Positions 28,440 to 44,194 of a stretch of 64,000 bases of DNA are shown piece after piece. Below the pieces are notes generated by a model that had not been told where the DNA came from, did no database searches, and saw only the letters and a program-made list of their open reading frames with translations. Position 1 is the first letter of the stretch; every line of letters begins with the position of its first letter. The position numbers and the translations under genes are program-made. The DNA is taken from the NCBI GenBank assembly GCA_000182565.2, contig KQ257451.1. One strand, written 5' to 3'. This stretch comes from Spizellomyces punctatus DAOM BR117. Taxonomy: Eukaryota.

Positions 28440-31031
28440 CTACAATATTTTGGTTCCAAGGCTGTACATAAGCTCCACACCCTTCAATTCCCTTACTCGA
28501 TCTAGTGCGTCGGCTGGAAGAAAGAAAGTCATTTCTCTAACTTATAATGTACAAGTCCAGCGCGTGAATATCGATCGCACTTACAATTTTGGCATAGTCG
28601 AGCACAGGCTATTGCAAGGTTTCGTTGTACTGTAGGCATCTTGGCGCTACGGAGGAGGTACACGAGGGGTTCGGTTGCGTTAAGTTTATGCAACTTCTTG
28701 GCGTGGTTAGCTGGGGGATTCCAAAGTTATTACGATAAATCAACAGGAAAGGCACATTGGAGGACATCGGTTGTCCGTACTTTTGGTCGCACACTCGGCG
28801 ATACACAGCGCAATATTGCCTGCGGTTTTTTCATCTTCTTTAAGTTCCTGTCCTTCTGACAATTCAAGGAGAACATCCACAAGTGCTTCAAAGCCATTTT
28901 GCTTCTCCCACTCTGCCACTCTCCGCTCTCCACCTTTCAGCCAGGCTGCTAGAACTTGGGCTGCTGCTGTCCTTGTACCCTCTCCAGCAGGGTCACGAAT
29001 AAGGCTTATCATGGGAACAATATCCCACCACCCGTCCAGCGCCACTGTAACTTCTTCCAAGTGGAAGCGGAGAAGCTTTGCGAGACATGAGATGGAAGCT
29101 CGTGGGTGTGTTGTTAGAAGGTGTACGAGGGTCGTAATTATGCTGTGAGTGCTGAGGAGCGTTGGGTGTGCTGGTGTGTTGTGCAAAAGGTTGTGATATG
29201 TGGCAAGGAGGTGAAGGACGAGAGTGGAAGCCGTAGATGTCGGGTTGGTAGGTGAAAGCCGGTGTATCGTTTCCCATATGGAGTCGATGAGAGGTTCGTG
29301 GTACTGCTTGAGGGCCGCTGTAAATTTGGGATTCGAGGTGCCTGCGATTGCATCAATACAGCGACAAGCATGAACTGTCAGCGCCTCTGTTGTTTCGTCA
29401 TTAGCCAGTTTGTACTCTTTGACATGAATGGGTAAGGTCGCTAAAAGCTTGTCGGGCGATACCCGCCATTTGACCATAACGATGTCAGGGCCTTTCGGAG
29501 TATATCGCATTATTCTCCCAAGCAGTTTAAGCATATGCCCGACAATAGTAGAGCTAGTGGCGACACCATCCGTTTCTCCACCTAAAAATGCCAGCACGAA
29601 TCTTCCAAATGTTTCTCCAACCACGTTGGAGTGGCAGAGGGCTTCCGCGAAGGTGTCCTCAGCTACACCAGAAGAAAGTATTTCGGCAGCGGCGCTGATG
29701 GTTTTGAGAGGAGGTTTTTGGGTGGCAAGCATGGTCGTTATCATGTGGTTTAGGTATTGACAAAGTTCTCGTCGGTTGGCATCGACGCCAGAGGTGGCTC
29801 GCGCTATTACGGGAAGAATAAAGTTGACTGATGACGAAGTGAGAATGTCCGGGTTGAGGAGGCGATGGAAACCACCACATAGTCGAAAGGCGTCAGAAAC
29901 GATAGTATCGGTGTCCAATAGCCTTACGAGCATGTCCGAGGCAGATACTATACGGTCATTGTACTTGTTCGATGGTGGTAATTCAATAGCATTTTTTATC
30001 TCCCGTACGAAACCGTCCAGTAATCCTTCCATGATCATGTTGGAACCATCATGTTCTAAATCTTCTTTCAGCGCTTCCTCAGCTTTCATATCTAAATGCT
30101 CCCTCTCTATACCATCTAGCAGTCTGTCAACTTCGGCTAGGGTAACCCCAGGGTTACATACAGTCTTTTTGCATCGATTGATTTTCTTCTTAGCTTCCTC
30201 ATAGTCTGTGACCATCTGCTTGACTTTAAGAACATCTTTGATGGCTTCCTCATATTGTCGAAGACCACGGTGACCTTCTGCCCTTCTCCACAGTGCTTTT
30301 GCACAACTCGCATCAACTTTGAGGGCTTCGCTACAATCTTCGACAGCTTGCTTGAACTCCTTTAATCGGAGATATGCAAGTGCACGGTTGGTGAACAGAG
30401 TGGCGTCAACGATAGTCTTGGACGGAATCAGCCGGTCCAGTGTTAGCAGCAGTGGATCGCTTTCTTGAGGCGGGTTCAGATATATGTTGATGGCTGAAGT
30501 GTATTCTTCAATCGCTTCATGGTATTTACGATCCTTGAAATATTTATTACCAGTTTCACGATGCTGATTCGCTGATTGACGTATTTTTTCTGCAGCTGTC
30601 ACTCGCTTCGTTGGCTCATGCTTCTGTTTTGTGGATCCTTTCTTTTCCGCTGCTAGCGCAATGTTTCTCTGTTCCTCTTCTGCATCTGGGTTAATAGCGT
30701 CCCACTTTGAGTAATCGAGCTTGGGGGACCCTAACGGTGCTCTGGTGTCTCGTTTTGGCAGTCGGATAGGAGCTCGATTACTGGCATCTGAACGTGACGT
30801 CGCCGCATCACTTTTATTATCCTGTGTCAACTCTCTCTGTGCCCAAGCTTTCTCTTCATCCGTGACCCTCCCCGATAATATCTCGTTCATTTTTGTAGCT
30901 AGATGGACAGATGATAGCTTTTAGCAAAAACAGGTCAGCCAGAGATGTTTACCCAGAGACATACTGTAGCTATCTACAAATTCGTCAAATTCAGCCAATT
31001 CAGCCTTGAGATCTGCTAGAATGTCAACCAT
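28440..31031 (-). CDS. TTC12: TTC12-like TPR + armadillo protein (axonemal dynein assembly)
   Basis: ETGNKYFKDRKYHEAIEEYTSAI, FTNRALAYLRL, KALWRRA TPRs; ARM region GNIALCIAEC; C-terminus RVRELKGVELMYSL; N-terminal DEFVD motif. Confidence 0.72.
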
Positions 31032-31273
31032 ATTTGCCACTGTTGTGCTCAATCGCCCAGGAAACGTCCATATACCACGGACACTTTGAGGAAACACGTA
31101 GGCGACGCGGCATCCAAGAACACGCCATTTGGTAAGCGGCTGCGCAAAATGCATACTATGATATTCCAAAAACAAGTGGTTGCATTACTACAAACAGGAA
31201 GAGGCCATATAATCTTTACGTAGAAACATAATACAATAAGATACAGGATGGTGGACAAGTGTCTATAGCCATG

Positions 31274-32212
31274 TCATACGGGAGGTGCTTCTGACGAGGC
31301 CAAAATCACGGTTTGCAACCTTCGGGCTTGAATGTAATCCCCAATCGAGCGCTGCAGAGAAAGGTAATATGTCAGTCCACTTTGGATTCTCCCTAAGTTT
31401 GAATACTCAGCATACCCGCTTTCATAATACATACCATTAGGATGAAGAAGCCAATAAACATTAAAAAGTACGAAAGCCAATAACTCTCAACAACGACGTT
31501 CTCATCGTCCTCTGGCTGTTTGTCAGGGTCATAGGGATCATAGTATTTTAAGTCATCCTGGGCGTCCCGTGTTCGCAAGTAAAAGGCGTAACGAATAAGG
31601 GTAATGCCGAAACCACTACGAGCACCAGCTCGTGCAGCGTGAGATGTAGCCAGGATCGCAGTCAAAAGGAATCCAATGAAGTCAAAGCTCATGGATACCA
31701 ACATGTTGACAAAGTATGTGAAAAAGTCTCCAACAGGCATGCCTACGCACAGAGACACCAGAGTTAATTTCGCCCGAAGACCTGAAAGCGACGAGACATT
31801 GACTCGCTAGCCAGCAATACATACCTTCAATGAGCACTTCACCATCTTCTCCAATCCCATTTGTTATCACCGTGGTCTCATAGTATGATGGAGCTGGGTC
31901 TTGGACAACCTCAGCATACGACGGTGGTTCGAACTCTTCGTAGGTCTTGCCTTCTGGTGCCGCGGACACCTCTGGCTTTGCACTAAGGTTTGCAAACACC
32001 CCGTCGTTCCTTGTAGTCACCAGGGCAGACCGTGAAGGAGGCGGCGGTATTGGCGTCGTGGCGGCTTCTGAACTTTGCAAAGGTGCTTCCAATGCAACAT
32101 TGGCCCCGTCATTGTCCAACAAGGGACGTGCCTCAAAGAGGACGGTGCCCTCTTCCCCACTGCGGGTATGATCTGCCTCTCCTTCCGGCAGACGGTCGTA
32201 TGCTCTCATCAT
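31274..32212 (-). CDS. BSD2: Bsd2/NDFIP-type Rsp5 adaptor
   Basis: NDGVFANLSAKP, PPSY motif, GMPVGDFFTY, SMSFDFIGFLLT, SHAARAGARSGFGITLI. Confidence 0.88.
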
Positions 32213-32447
32213 CTTTACTAGTTGTAATTTGGGTTGTTGGCAGAGTGATCAGTCGGTCGGCTAATGGTGACCCGAAGCTATGCGAATTTGTGCGTGACGT
32301 GGACAAAAGGGTTGGCGTTGCTTCAGACTTGCCGCCAGCCAGGATCGAACCCTCTGCTATTACCTAATTCCACGTGATCTCGTTCATGATGGGTTTGGAG
32401 CATCGTCCTTCCAGGTGCTCACAATTCGCAGCCGATTGTCCATCGTC

Positions 32448-35400
32448 ATGGCAGCGGATGACTCGAGCGTTTTCTCCAGACTGTCTGCAACTGGAGAAGC
32501 TCGGGGGACTTCAGGTGCCAGGACGCGGTTTCGAGGGGCTGCCTCCGTCGGTGACCATGCGAGAGGCGCCAAAAGCGCATTTGCTTCTGTATTTTCGTCA
32601 ACACCCAGCCGTGGGCGTGATGGGGGAGTTCGGGGTGGGCGAGGTGGTGGGGCAAAGATTGCCGCTTCTAAAACATGGGTGAAACCGACGGGAGACCACA
32701 TAGGGGCGGTGACACCCAGAGGCAGTAGGCGAGGTGGGAGGGGAGCGTCGATGACTTGGGTGAGGCCAAGAAGTGGCACCACCCCGCAAGAGCTTAAGCT
32801 TCCGACACATCGAGACGAGAGCGTTGCGAGACAGGGTATGCTGACAGTCATGATCCAGTAGCTTGTATAAGAGCTGCCGACCCCAACCGTTCCGGACTGG
32901 AGAAGCCACCCAAGGCCCTTTTTGCTAACGATTACTCCACCTCACCAGCTCCATCGCGCGGTAACATCTCACAACAGACGAATTCAGTTGCTATTTCTCC
33001 AATGTCGTCGTTTACACAGAGGCAAACAGCACTGACACCCACGCCTGACCACTCCTCTGACGCAGATGACAGGTAAATTCAAATATACTGGTTTCCATAG
33101 GTTCAGACCCCAAACTGATAGCTAGTTCATATAAGCATTTTGAAAGTGTCTCGTGCCGAGCGATTCGCTTCACAGCCTGTTCATAACCGCTATATGGAGG
33201 TTTGCAAGATGATGCTATATTACGGAAAGTAGCGTCTTTAAGGCGGACAATGACTCCGTTCTCCTGCAGATGAAAAAGCTTCGACCTGCCCTGATGAAGA
33301 AGTATATTGCTGAGGGTAAAATGGATGATCCAAATAAGAAATATCGGCTTGAAGATGCGCGTGATTTTGTCGGAGAGTGTGAGGATATGTGTCCTGAGTA
33401 CGAGCGTCACGAACGAGAGTATCAGAAAGGGTTGATGGAGTTTGAGAAGGTACAAAACCTTTTGTCAACTTGAGGATAGTCTGGGATAGGATATAAACAT
33501 CAATGCAACTAGATTCCAGGCACAGACCGAGTTGATCACGCGAAAGCCGTTAAAAGATATCGACGTTCCGCCGCAGATGATGAAAAGCCGCTACCATGTG
33601 ATGTGCGACCGCCATCTGTACTGGAGGTATGCACTAGTTTCTCACATGCTCTGGTCCGTCTCCGGTGTGACCAATTGACGGAGAACGTAATTATCATAGC
33701 GAACGTTGAACTACCTGGTGCACGAATTAATACCAGAATATGACTTGCAACGCACGTACGGTTTCATTCGTGATAGGACACGAGCTATCAGGAAGGATTT
33801 GACGCTCCAGAATTTACGCGGCCCTGAAGCCGTTGGTCTGTTTGAACGGATCGCTCGCTATCACCTTATGTGTTCTCAGCGGCTATGCGCAACGATAGAT
33901 ATAAAGCAGGAATATGAACAGCTGGGAAAAAGTAGGAAGCTTGTAACCTCTCTAACCTTTGAGGGTTAGTTCTGGGTACTGACGCATCTTACGTAGCGCT
34001 ACAAAGTCTGATGGAATTCTACGACGATCTCAGGGAGGAGGGCAAAAGAATGCCTAACGAGGCCGAGTTCCGAGCGTACTATCTTTTGCATCATGCGTTC
34101 AACCAGGATGTTCAATCTAGCTTCGAGAGGAAATTTATCAATGATCCAATTTTGTTGGATCCGCACATGCAACTGGCGATCCGATTAAGAAGCCTGTTAC
34201 CCCGACTAGATCTCCATCACGATGATGAAGATGAGGACTATACAGAAGAAGGGGATACCATAGGAGAAGGCGGTTTCGAAGCATACGGATTATTCTTCAA
34301 AATCATCAAGGAGCGAACTACCCCATATCTATTAGCATGCGCGGCGCACCCACACTTCCTAGTTGTCCGTCGACATGCATACAGACACATGGACAACGCC
34401 CTGTATGTTTTTCCTAATGCAGTGGACACACTGACGCCGGTGGCAACACTCGTGGAACAGCTGGGTTATGACAACGAAGAAGATGCTATCGTGGACCTAG
34501 AATACTATGATATTCCAATCAGGGACGTGGAAGGACGATGGTACGCAGAGATTGGAAAAGTAAAAATCACCGGAACTGATGGAAAGTCACAAATGGTCCC
34601 TGGGAAATTCAATGGTATGGAAGGGTGGAAGGGCAAAATCTAGGATCTGATTGTTGACCGAACCCTCTTGCTTATTAGATGCTAAGAGAGTTTCTCTTCA
34701 ACCGCGGGTGGCAAATCGACTTCTCGAAGGGAAGTTGGGAGATGTCACGGACGCGGACGTTATAGACGGCAATGTACCTGAGATGACTCAAGAAGTGCCC
34801 GACTACCAAGGGCAATCATCGGAAGTCGTTGCAATGTCGTCCATTCCAGGCGGAGTTCCTACTTTTGGACAAGTTGCTGCTACGACAGCTCGGCTGCCTA
34901 GTTCATCCGTTGGAGGAGGTACTTTCTCAAATGCTTTCGGTTTTGTCAACCAGCAACAGTCCGTCTTGGCAGGCCCGTCAAGCGGATTTTTTGGACAAGG
35001 CGGTGCTTTCATGGGACAAGCGAGTATCGCTAGCGGTCAAGCGACTCGCAAGGTCGGACAAGGAGTCCTTCCCCTCCATCCCGTACAAGTGTCGCAGTTG
35101 CCGTTCCCGTCACTTTCATCTTCGATAACCATGTCACCCCAGTCACAAGCGGGTGCATGGTCGTCTTTTGGTCAGCAGGACCAACCACCGCAAGCGGCTC
35201 CCACATCTGGCGCACATCTCAACATACCCAATTTAGGCGTGCTACAACAACCTTCAGGTGGTGGCCCACCTACGCCGGCCGGATTGGTTACTCGAAAGCC
35301 TGACTTGGTCGAGCAACGAACGGACGTCGGCCTTATAGTTTCCCCCTCGTTGACGGTTATCCCCCTAGAAGCGCAAGCTGGTAAGTTGTACTCAGTGATG

Positions 35401-38400
35401 GCTCATCTACATAGGTAGTGCTTAACAGGGTCCACACAAGGTCCACAATTACCGCGTGCCGAATCCCAGCCCTCCGTCGTACCTTCCTTCACACCCCCTG
35501 CGGTTCCGACCCGACCCGAGACACCTCCAGAGCCCGTCATTCCAGGTTCGCCATTAATAATTCCGCGCTTCAAGTACAAAGAAACTGTACTTACGCGATT
35601 CCTACCCATCAGAGGACACTGAGCTGTTAGAAAGAGAACGTAAAGAGGCGGAGGCGCGCGCCCGGATCGCACGCCAGAAGTCTGAAGCTTCAAAATACCT
35701 AGCGGCTCGAATACTGGCGGAAACAATACACCAGTGCATGAAGGAATTGGCGGAAGAGGTTTCAATGCGCGAAGATATTCGTGCAAAGTGGAGACTCTTT
35801 GCGCATCGCCTACCAGCGCTTCATGCTAAAGAACAAGCGAAGCGAGAGGCTGTGCGAACTTTCCTAAATTTGGTGGGCTCGGAGGTTGCCCCACCCAGAG
35901 TCTCGTTCCGGGAGCAGGCTAAAGCCTTGATGGGGACAGCAGGAACTGCCTTTACTATGCTTGGGTCCGCAAATAGGGACGAGGAGATGGCGAGGGCAAC
36001 GGATGAGGTTCGTCGTAAAGATGACACACCAGAATTCACTTGGAGCTGATCGTATGCCTTCTCTCAGGTGGCTGCCCTTGAACAGCAACTGATGGAGCGC
36101 ATCGACCTCGCTGACCTCACGTATCCCATACTGCGCGAAAATCACAGCACTCGGGTTCATGGCCATACCCTTCACTACAAACTTTGTATCACAACCCCCA
36201 CCTTTCACCTCCTTTCCACCGATAAGCAAAGGTTACCGATTCAATGGCTGAAAGCAAAGTTTGGCGGCGCGAACAATGCAATGCCGACTTTGGCCAACGA
36301 GGTTGGAACCGAGGAATTGCAGCGGACACGGGTACAAGATGGTGAATGGGATTGCTGGGCGGTTGTTCGGCATGTAACAGATGCCTTACCGGTGTGTATG
36401 CATCTTTTACCGCCTATTGTTCAATGCTAACGGAGCTGCCTCGCGCGGATAGGAGGAAGCTATGAAGACTCTTCATGGGATTAATGCGGCAATCTTCCAA
36501 TTCGACCTTTTTGGAAGTGGTAAAGATAAAGGGTGAGTGGGTTTTATGTTTGAGCGCTGGCTCTGCCAACGTTTCTTAGATATGGTGCTTTCAGATTTTA
36601 CTTCAACGAGGAGCGATCTCGGTTCGTGAACTTCATCAACGCTCTGCCGAAGCAAACTCTTAGAAACAAAATACCGCTCTTGTTTGTGTATTGGTCTGTT
36701 CCCGAATTGCCACGTGCCGAATTAGAGACCAGGGTAATTTTTATTCTGACGAAAATGCATGTATCCGAAGTGATCCTCATAAGATATGGGTGCAATAGGT
36801 TCGCCAAGCCTTTCAACTGAGCGATGTGCAAGTCCATGGGCCGATATCCGATATAGGGTGGCTGGAGATTCAGTACACCGACAAGTTGAACGATTTGATC
36901 AAAGCTAATGAATACCTGGTGGAGGCAGTGGAGATGTTGGTGGCAAGATCGCAAGCTGAACCGGAGATGAACTGGTTCGGAATGGATGGTGAGTGGGCAT
37001 TGTGGCATTGTTCCTAAGGAAATCTTACTTATGATTGCGGTGTCTAGGGAAAGACGTACTAGGAGAGTCAATGCTTCGCATTCATTTCCGGGAACACTCG
37101 TACCTTTTGCAGTCCCGCTTTCCACACCGAATGGCGCACATCCCTGAACGTAATATACCTACCTTCAACACACTGATTCGAATGTACAATGCTGCGATGG
37201 AGGTATATGCTTACGTCCTGGCTGGACCAGACGTAGAGGGCCTCAACTATCCTCCATACGAGTTTGCCACACCGGGATGCCCGCCGGTGGAAGGAGGAAC
37301 GAATGTTCCGTTGAATTGGAATTCGATGGGACGACTGAAAGAGATGAGGATGATGCTGGCACAGTTTGTGTTGCCACCTCTACGTCAGCATGGCCGTTTT
37401 GTCGTGGATGAGTACGTAGACCAGCTTGGGAAATCACTGGATACTAATTTGAGGTAAGCCGCTGGCTCGCTACCTTGATGCGAGTTTCATCTAATCTGAG
37501 CATTGTGCGGCTGACTGTTTAGAGGGTTATGGTTGATTTACTGCACATGGATATCTGATGTTTGTGATACGGTTCCTGCCATGCGGGACACAGAGCGACG
37601 CAGTCTCTTTGACGCATTCATTCAGCTTTTCGAGGGATATAGCCGAACGGCCGCTACAGGTGACAAAGAGACAACGTTGCTCAATAAACATCTCGGACTT
37701 CGCTAATGTGTGGGCCCATTTGCACAGTTGCTGTTCGATTTCCATTTGGCGAACTCGCCGAAGTCGTGACGCGGGCTATCTTTATTCATCTAGACACGCA
37801 GTTTACCGCAAAGTTCCGAATTGCACCCTACCCACGTCAGCTTGCTGTTTATGCCTTGGAGGGTTTCGGAATCGCGATGACAAAGGTCATTGACAATTGG
37901 TATCAAGAAGTCATGGAGTGGTTGAGAATAGAGGCGCCAGAATATGAGTCAGAAGATGAGACGTCTGTGCGCGAAGATGATGGTGTTTCTGGCGATGATG
38001 TGAAATTACCTTCCATGTAAGAGCGCACCTGTTTAAGTATGCGGTAAACACTCCTTACAAGCATCATTTCAGATCTGATGGAGAAGTCAGTCCGAAACTG
38101 AACAGCATGGATCTGCTGAAATCGTCTCACAAGCGAGTGCTGCCAAGCGGCCTTGCTAATGACGACGGTGAGATGTCACCTCCCTCGCCAGCAAAACGGA
38201 AGCGTGGCGACGTACTCTTAGGGGAAGGTGAAGCAAAGTACGTGCGACAGTTTTACGTTACCGTGAAGTGTACAGTAAGGAGTTATAACCTCTTCATTTT
38301 TAGAAAACAACGACAGGATGAGGTGGTCCTCGAGAATACCAGATCACAAACGCGCACCCCCTCACCTCGGCACTCCAATGGTGTCGACCTCACTACGCTT

Positions 38401-38622
38401 CAGCAACAGCTGTGTTCGGCTTTGGAGTCTTCGAAGAAAACCTTGGCTAGAACACGACTTTTGGAAGAGCTCGATTATTTGGATACGCTAACAGACAATC
38501 AACTTGATGAAGGCGACTTGCCGTCCTTGACTGAGGAGGATGAAAGGGAGTTGGAGGACCTTCTTGCGGCAGGAGAGAGCGACTATGGGCGAGCAGCAGA
38601 TTGGGGCAATTTTTGTACATAG
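32448..38622 (+). CDS. SAC3: SAC3/GANP mRNA export factor, multi-exon
   Basis: [68 protein letters not shown]. Confidence 0.9.
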
Positions 38623-38883
38623 ATTGACGCACTTTTTGTTTAATATTTTTTCATGTTGGACTTGGTGGATTGGTGATGATGGCTTTCCTGAATGATTTTT
38701 CTTTTATTTATCTTTTGGAAAGAGTGTTTGCACCAAAGTCTCAGCGTTGTCACGTGGACAAGAAACCCAGTCGCGCTGCCTTCAGGCGGGGAAAGTAAGG
38801 ATCTTCAACCATCTTCACTTACGCACGCGGGCCCAACCGTCGTGCTACAGAGACGCCGTCTCCCTCAACCACAACCATACACA

Positions 38884-40037
38884 ATGCCACAGGCTCAGGT
38901 TCTTCGCAACCGACCCGGTATCCGCCATGAAGTATTATCCATCCGTGCTACAATCCTGCTGTGTTTTCCCACTGACCGTTTGTGTTCTATTCACCACAAG
39001 CAGGATTGGTCGCAGTGGCCCACGATACCTCTTGAGCAAATGGAATCTACCTTCTCCGTTCAACAATATATCCAAAATATGGTCCGCCACGATGCGTCTG
39101 ATGTCAAAAAGATCGTCGAGGTACCCGAAGGTCAGGACCGAGATTTATGGCGATACGAGCTTTTACGGTATTTGTTCCTGAGTTCTGTCAAAGTGTGTAT
39201 TGTTGGTGAAGGAGGCGAGCTTATGATACATATATTGGAAGACAAGTATGTCAGGATCTGAACAATTTTGTTGTTCTGTTGGAACCCGAGTGTACTGCAT
39301 CGTCGTGTCCAGAAATGAAAGCTTTAGAATGGTTGTATCTCTGTGCTGGACATCCGAATCCTCAGCAGGTATTTTGGAGTTTGATGGCTAGTATGTGACA
39401 ATATTGGTGGTTGATAGTCTTTGCCAGTGTTCGGCACTCGATTATATTATACATACCCTGGACAGCGCGACAGCGCTGTTGAATAGTCAAAAGTATTTCC
39501 CTAGTAGGTGAGAGAAATGTTTATTTATCTTTACCGCTGCGATCGGCCAACCTCATGCTGATTGGGATGTGAATATCTAGGGTGTCGATACCGCCAACGT
39601 CATTAAAGCATTTTTCGAATGTTACCAGAAGATTGTACAGAATTTTTGCACATGCGTGGTTTCATCATCGGGAGGTATTTACTGAATTTGAGGTTGGTAC
39701 TTGTGCGTTGGGTTTGTCTGCTTGGTATATGTCGCTAACTTTGTCAAGTAGATTGAGTCGCATTTGTATGCGAGAGTTTTATACATGATAAAGTACTTTG
39801 ATGTAAGTTTTTCGTTAGCGGATTGTATTTTGCTTGGGCCGGCTTTGAAATCTTGCTTGCCATAGATTATGCCAGATGACGCATTGGTCGTGCCCGCCGA
39901 TGCCTGTATGACTGATGTGGGTGACTTCTTATTATCCGTATGTGAGCGACATTCCAACTAATGATGGTTTTTTTGCTGTGTATTTTTTTTTTCAGTTGCC
40001 CGAGATTGATCGGTCCTCAATGGTCAGTGACGAGTAA
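38884..40037 (+). CDS. MOB4: MOB4/phocein
   Basis: [72 protein letters not shown]. Confidence 0.9.
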
Positions 40038-40232
40038 AGTGGGCTGATGGGGACTGAATGGGGGATGGACGTAGGGAGATGCTCATATGCATCGCATCGT
40101 TATTTAATGCCTTCTTGTGAATATACTTCTGGTAGGACTGTATGGGTGCTGGATACCCAACAAGGATAGCAATAACCGTAATCTTAATATCAATAGTTCA
40201 CTACCCATACCCATCTCAAGCATAGAACTACC

Positions 40233-41662
40233 TCACTCCTCCTTCCCCTTCTCCTTCTCTACAAACCCAAGGGAAATCCTCGCGATCTCTCCTTCTTCGT
40301 CTGTTGCAACAACAAAGACCTTGACTGGACTTTCCTCTTTCGAAATCTCCACCACTTTATTATCGTTCAATGAGCACTTTTCGTTCTTGCTTTCGTCTAG
40401 ATGGACGCTGATGCATGTGAGATTTTGGCAGACTTTTGCCCGCACCAGGGATGAGTTTTCCCCTATTCCGCCTGTGAAGATGATCCCGTGGGCCGGGTTT
40501 AAGGCAATGTGATATGCGCCGATATATTTCTGGATTCGGTACTGAAACGAGTCAAAATTGGTAAGTTTATGCATTCTTGTGAGGTGATAAGAAACCGGAG
40601 GGCACAACCCACACAAAACATATCGAAAGCCAGCTCGGCTCTCCGTTTCTTCTCCCCCTCCCCGTTCCGCATCAAGTCGATAATCTTTCTGATGTCATTT
40701 TCGCCACAAACGCCTCTCAACCCACTCTCATGGTTGAGCACATCTTCCACTTTGGAGATCTTGGGACCGGCTGGAGCGGATTTTATCGCAGGTACTTTGT
40801 CCAGCGAGAACCCCGGCTGGGAGATGTGAAAAGGAGCGGAGGGGTCAATGTCCCCACTCCGTGTACCCATCATGAGTCCCTCCAGAGGCGTGTATCCCAT
40901 AGATGTATCAACGGAAACTCCATTCTTGATGGCGCATGCGCTACACCCGTTGCCCAGGTGGAGAGAAATAAGGTTTATACCCGGATGACGACCCAATACC
41001 AGATGAGAAACGTAATTATGTGACGTTCCATGGAAGCCATACTTTCTCAACCCGCTCTCGTTGCATGCATCAAAAGGAAGCGGGTACCGCCATACCTTTT
41101 CTTCAAGGGTCGAGTGGAACGACGTATCAAACACCCCAACCTGCTTTGAGTCAGGAAAGAGTTTAAGCGTTGTTTTGATGAGTACGACGCTGGGGTGGTT
41201 GTGGAGAGGTGCAAGAGCAGAGAGAGAGTCAAGCGTTGAGATCGAGGAGGCTGTGATGAGAGTCGGTTGAGTGAAATCCTGGCCCCCATGAACGATGCGG
41301 TGTCCAACCGCTAGAACATCAGTCAAGAGTTTTTCATCATTGTCTTGTAACACTTGTATCATTTTTCTGAATACGGATTCATGATCCGTTCCGTCAGTCG
41401 CTTCGTCAGTGAGCGTCCTGGATGTGGTCTTTGCATCGTTGTCTTTGAGAATCTGGATTTGGATGGGTGAATTTGGGGCCCCGAGGGACGAGGCCGCGCC
41501 TTTTACGAGGATGGTCAAGTTTGACGCGGATGTGAGGTTGTAGAGACGGAATTTGATGGTGGAGCTGGACACAGGCTTAATATGTTTTGGAACTACCAGA
41601 ATATGGTGGCAGAAGAGGACAGTGTCTCACCTTCCAGCGTTCACAACGAGAATGCGAGGCAT
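40233..41662 (-). CDS. ackA: Acetate kinase, 3 exons
   Basis: MPRILVVNAGS/STIKF, GHRIVHGG, APLHN, VFDTSFH, YGFHGTSH, HLGNGCS, MGTRSGD, IFTGGIGENS, TDEEGEIA. Confidence 0.95.
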
Positions 41663-41964
41663 AGCTACAGCAAGATAATATTGGAATGGGGCTCTTTTGC
41701 AATGTGCTTTACAGATCTAGCAAGACAAAAGAAGAGCACGTTGAACAAAGCAGAGCAACGGAGGGATAAGAGCGGAACGAGAAGCTGACGTCACATTGAT
41801 CGAGAGGTTCCAACCGTGGATTCAAAGCCACATTGGCTCCAACGAACCCTTCTTTGGCAACTCAAGAATTCAACAAAACAAAAACAGTAGCCATTCGGTG
41901 CAATTTTATACAAAATGGAAACGAAAAGTCTCCTAAACTAGACCACCCATCACCCCTTTCAAAA

Positions 41965-43638
<1,674 letters not shown>

Positions 43639-44194
43639 CTAGTTGGTTTGAATTCACGCGATTACACCCGATAGTACAATGAGCCAAAAATGAGACGATT
43701 AGAGTGCACTCCATCCTTTGTCTATGAGCATGTTCGCAAGTGGAATGGGATCCATTCAATATAAACCACCCATAACAAAATTCCCTTTTGCATGGCCATC
43801 CTTTGGTCGAGAGTTTTGTCCGTTCCGCTCCGCTTCAGCAGTGCAAAAAAATGGAACGCCGAAAGAAGAAGAAGAAGAATGATCAGGTGGACATTTGCGG
43901 GCAAGGCCGCGAGGTCGTAAACAGTCTCTTCATGCCTACGCGATCTTGCTTGCTGTCCAAAACGTCTCGAGCAGATGGTCCAAAACTAGGAAAATGAGGT
44001 CCTTCCAGCACCAGCCATGAGGCTCTTTTTGTTGCTGCATGAATCATGCTACTAAGCAATGCCAGTGCAAGCCACGTTAGCTAATGAAGCTCCGTGAAAT
44101 GTCTAAATGATGAAAATTCAAGATATATATGCTGCAATGTGTGCATTAGATGTGCATTAGATTGCACAGAAGAGCATGCGGCTTCACATACATT

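Noticed and set aside
32384-32909. Overlapping antisense ORFs at the SAC3 5' end
   Set aside because: Shadow frames of a GC-rich RG-repeat exon
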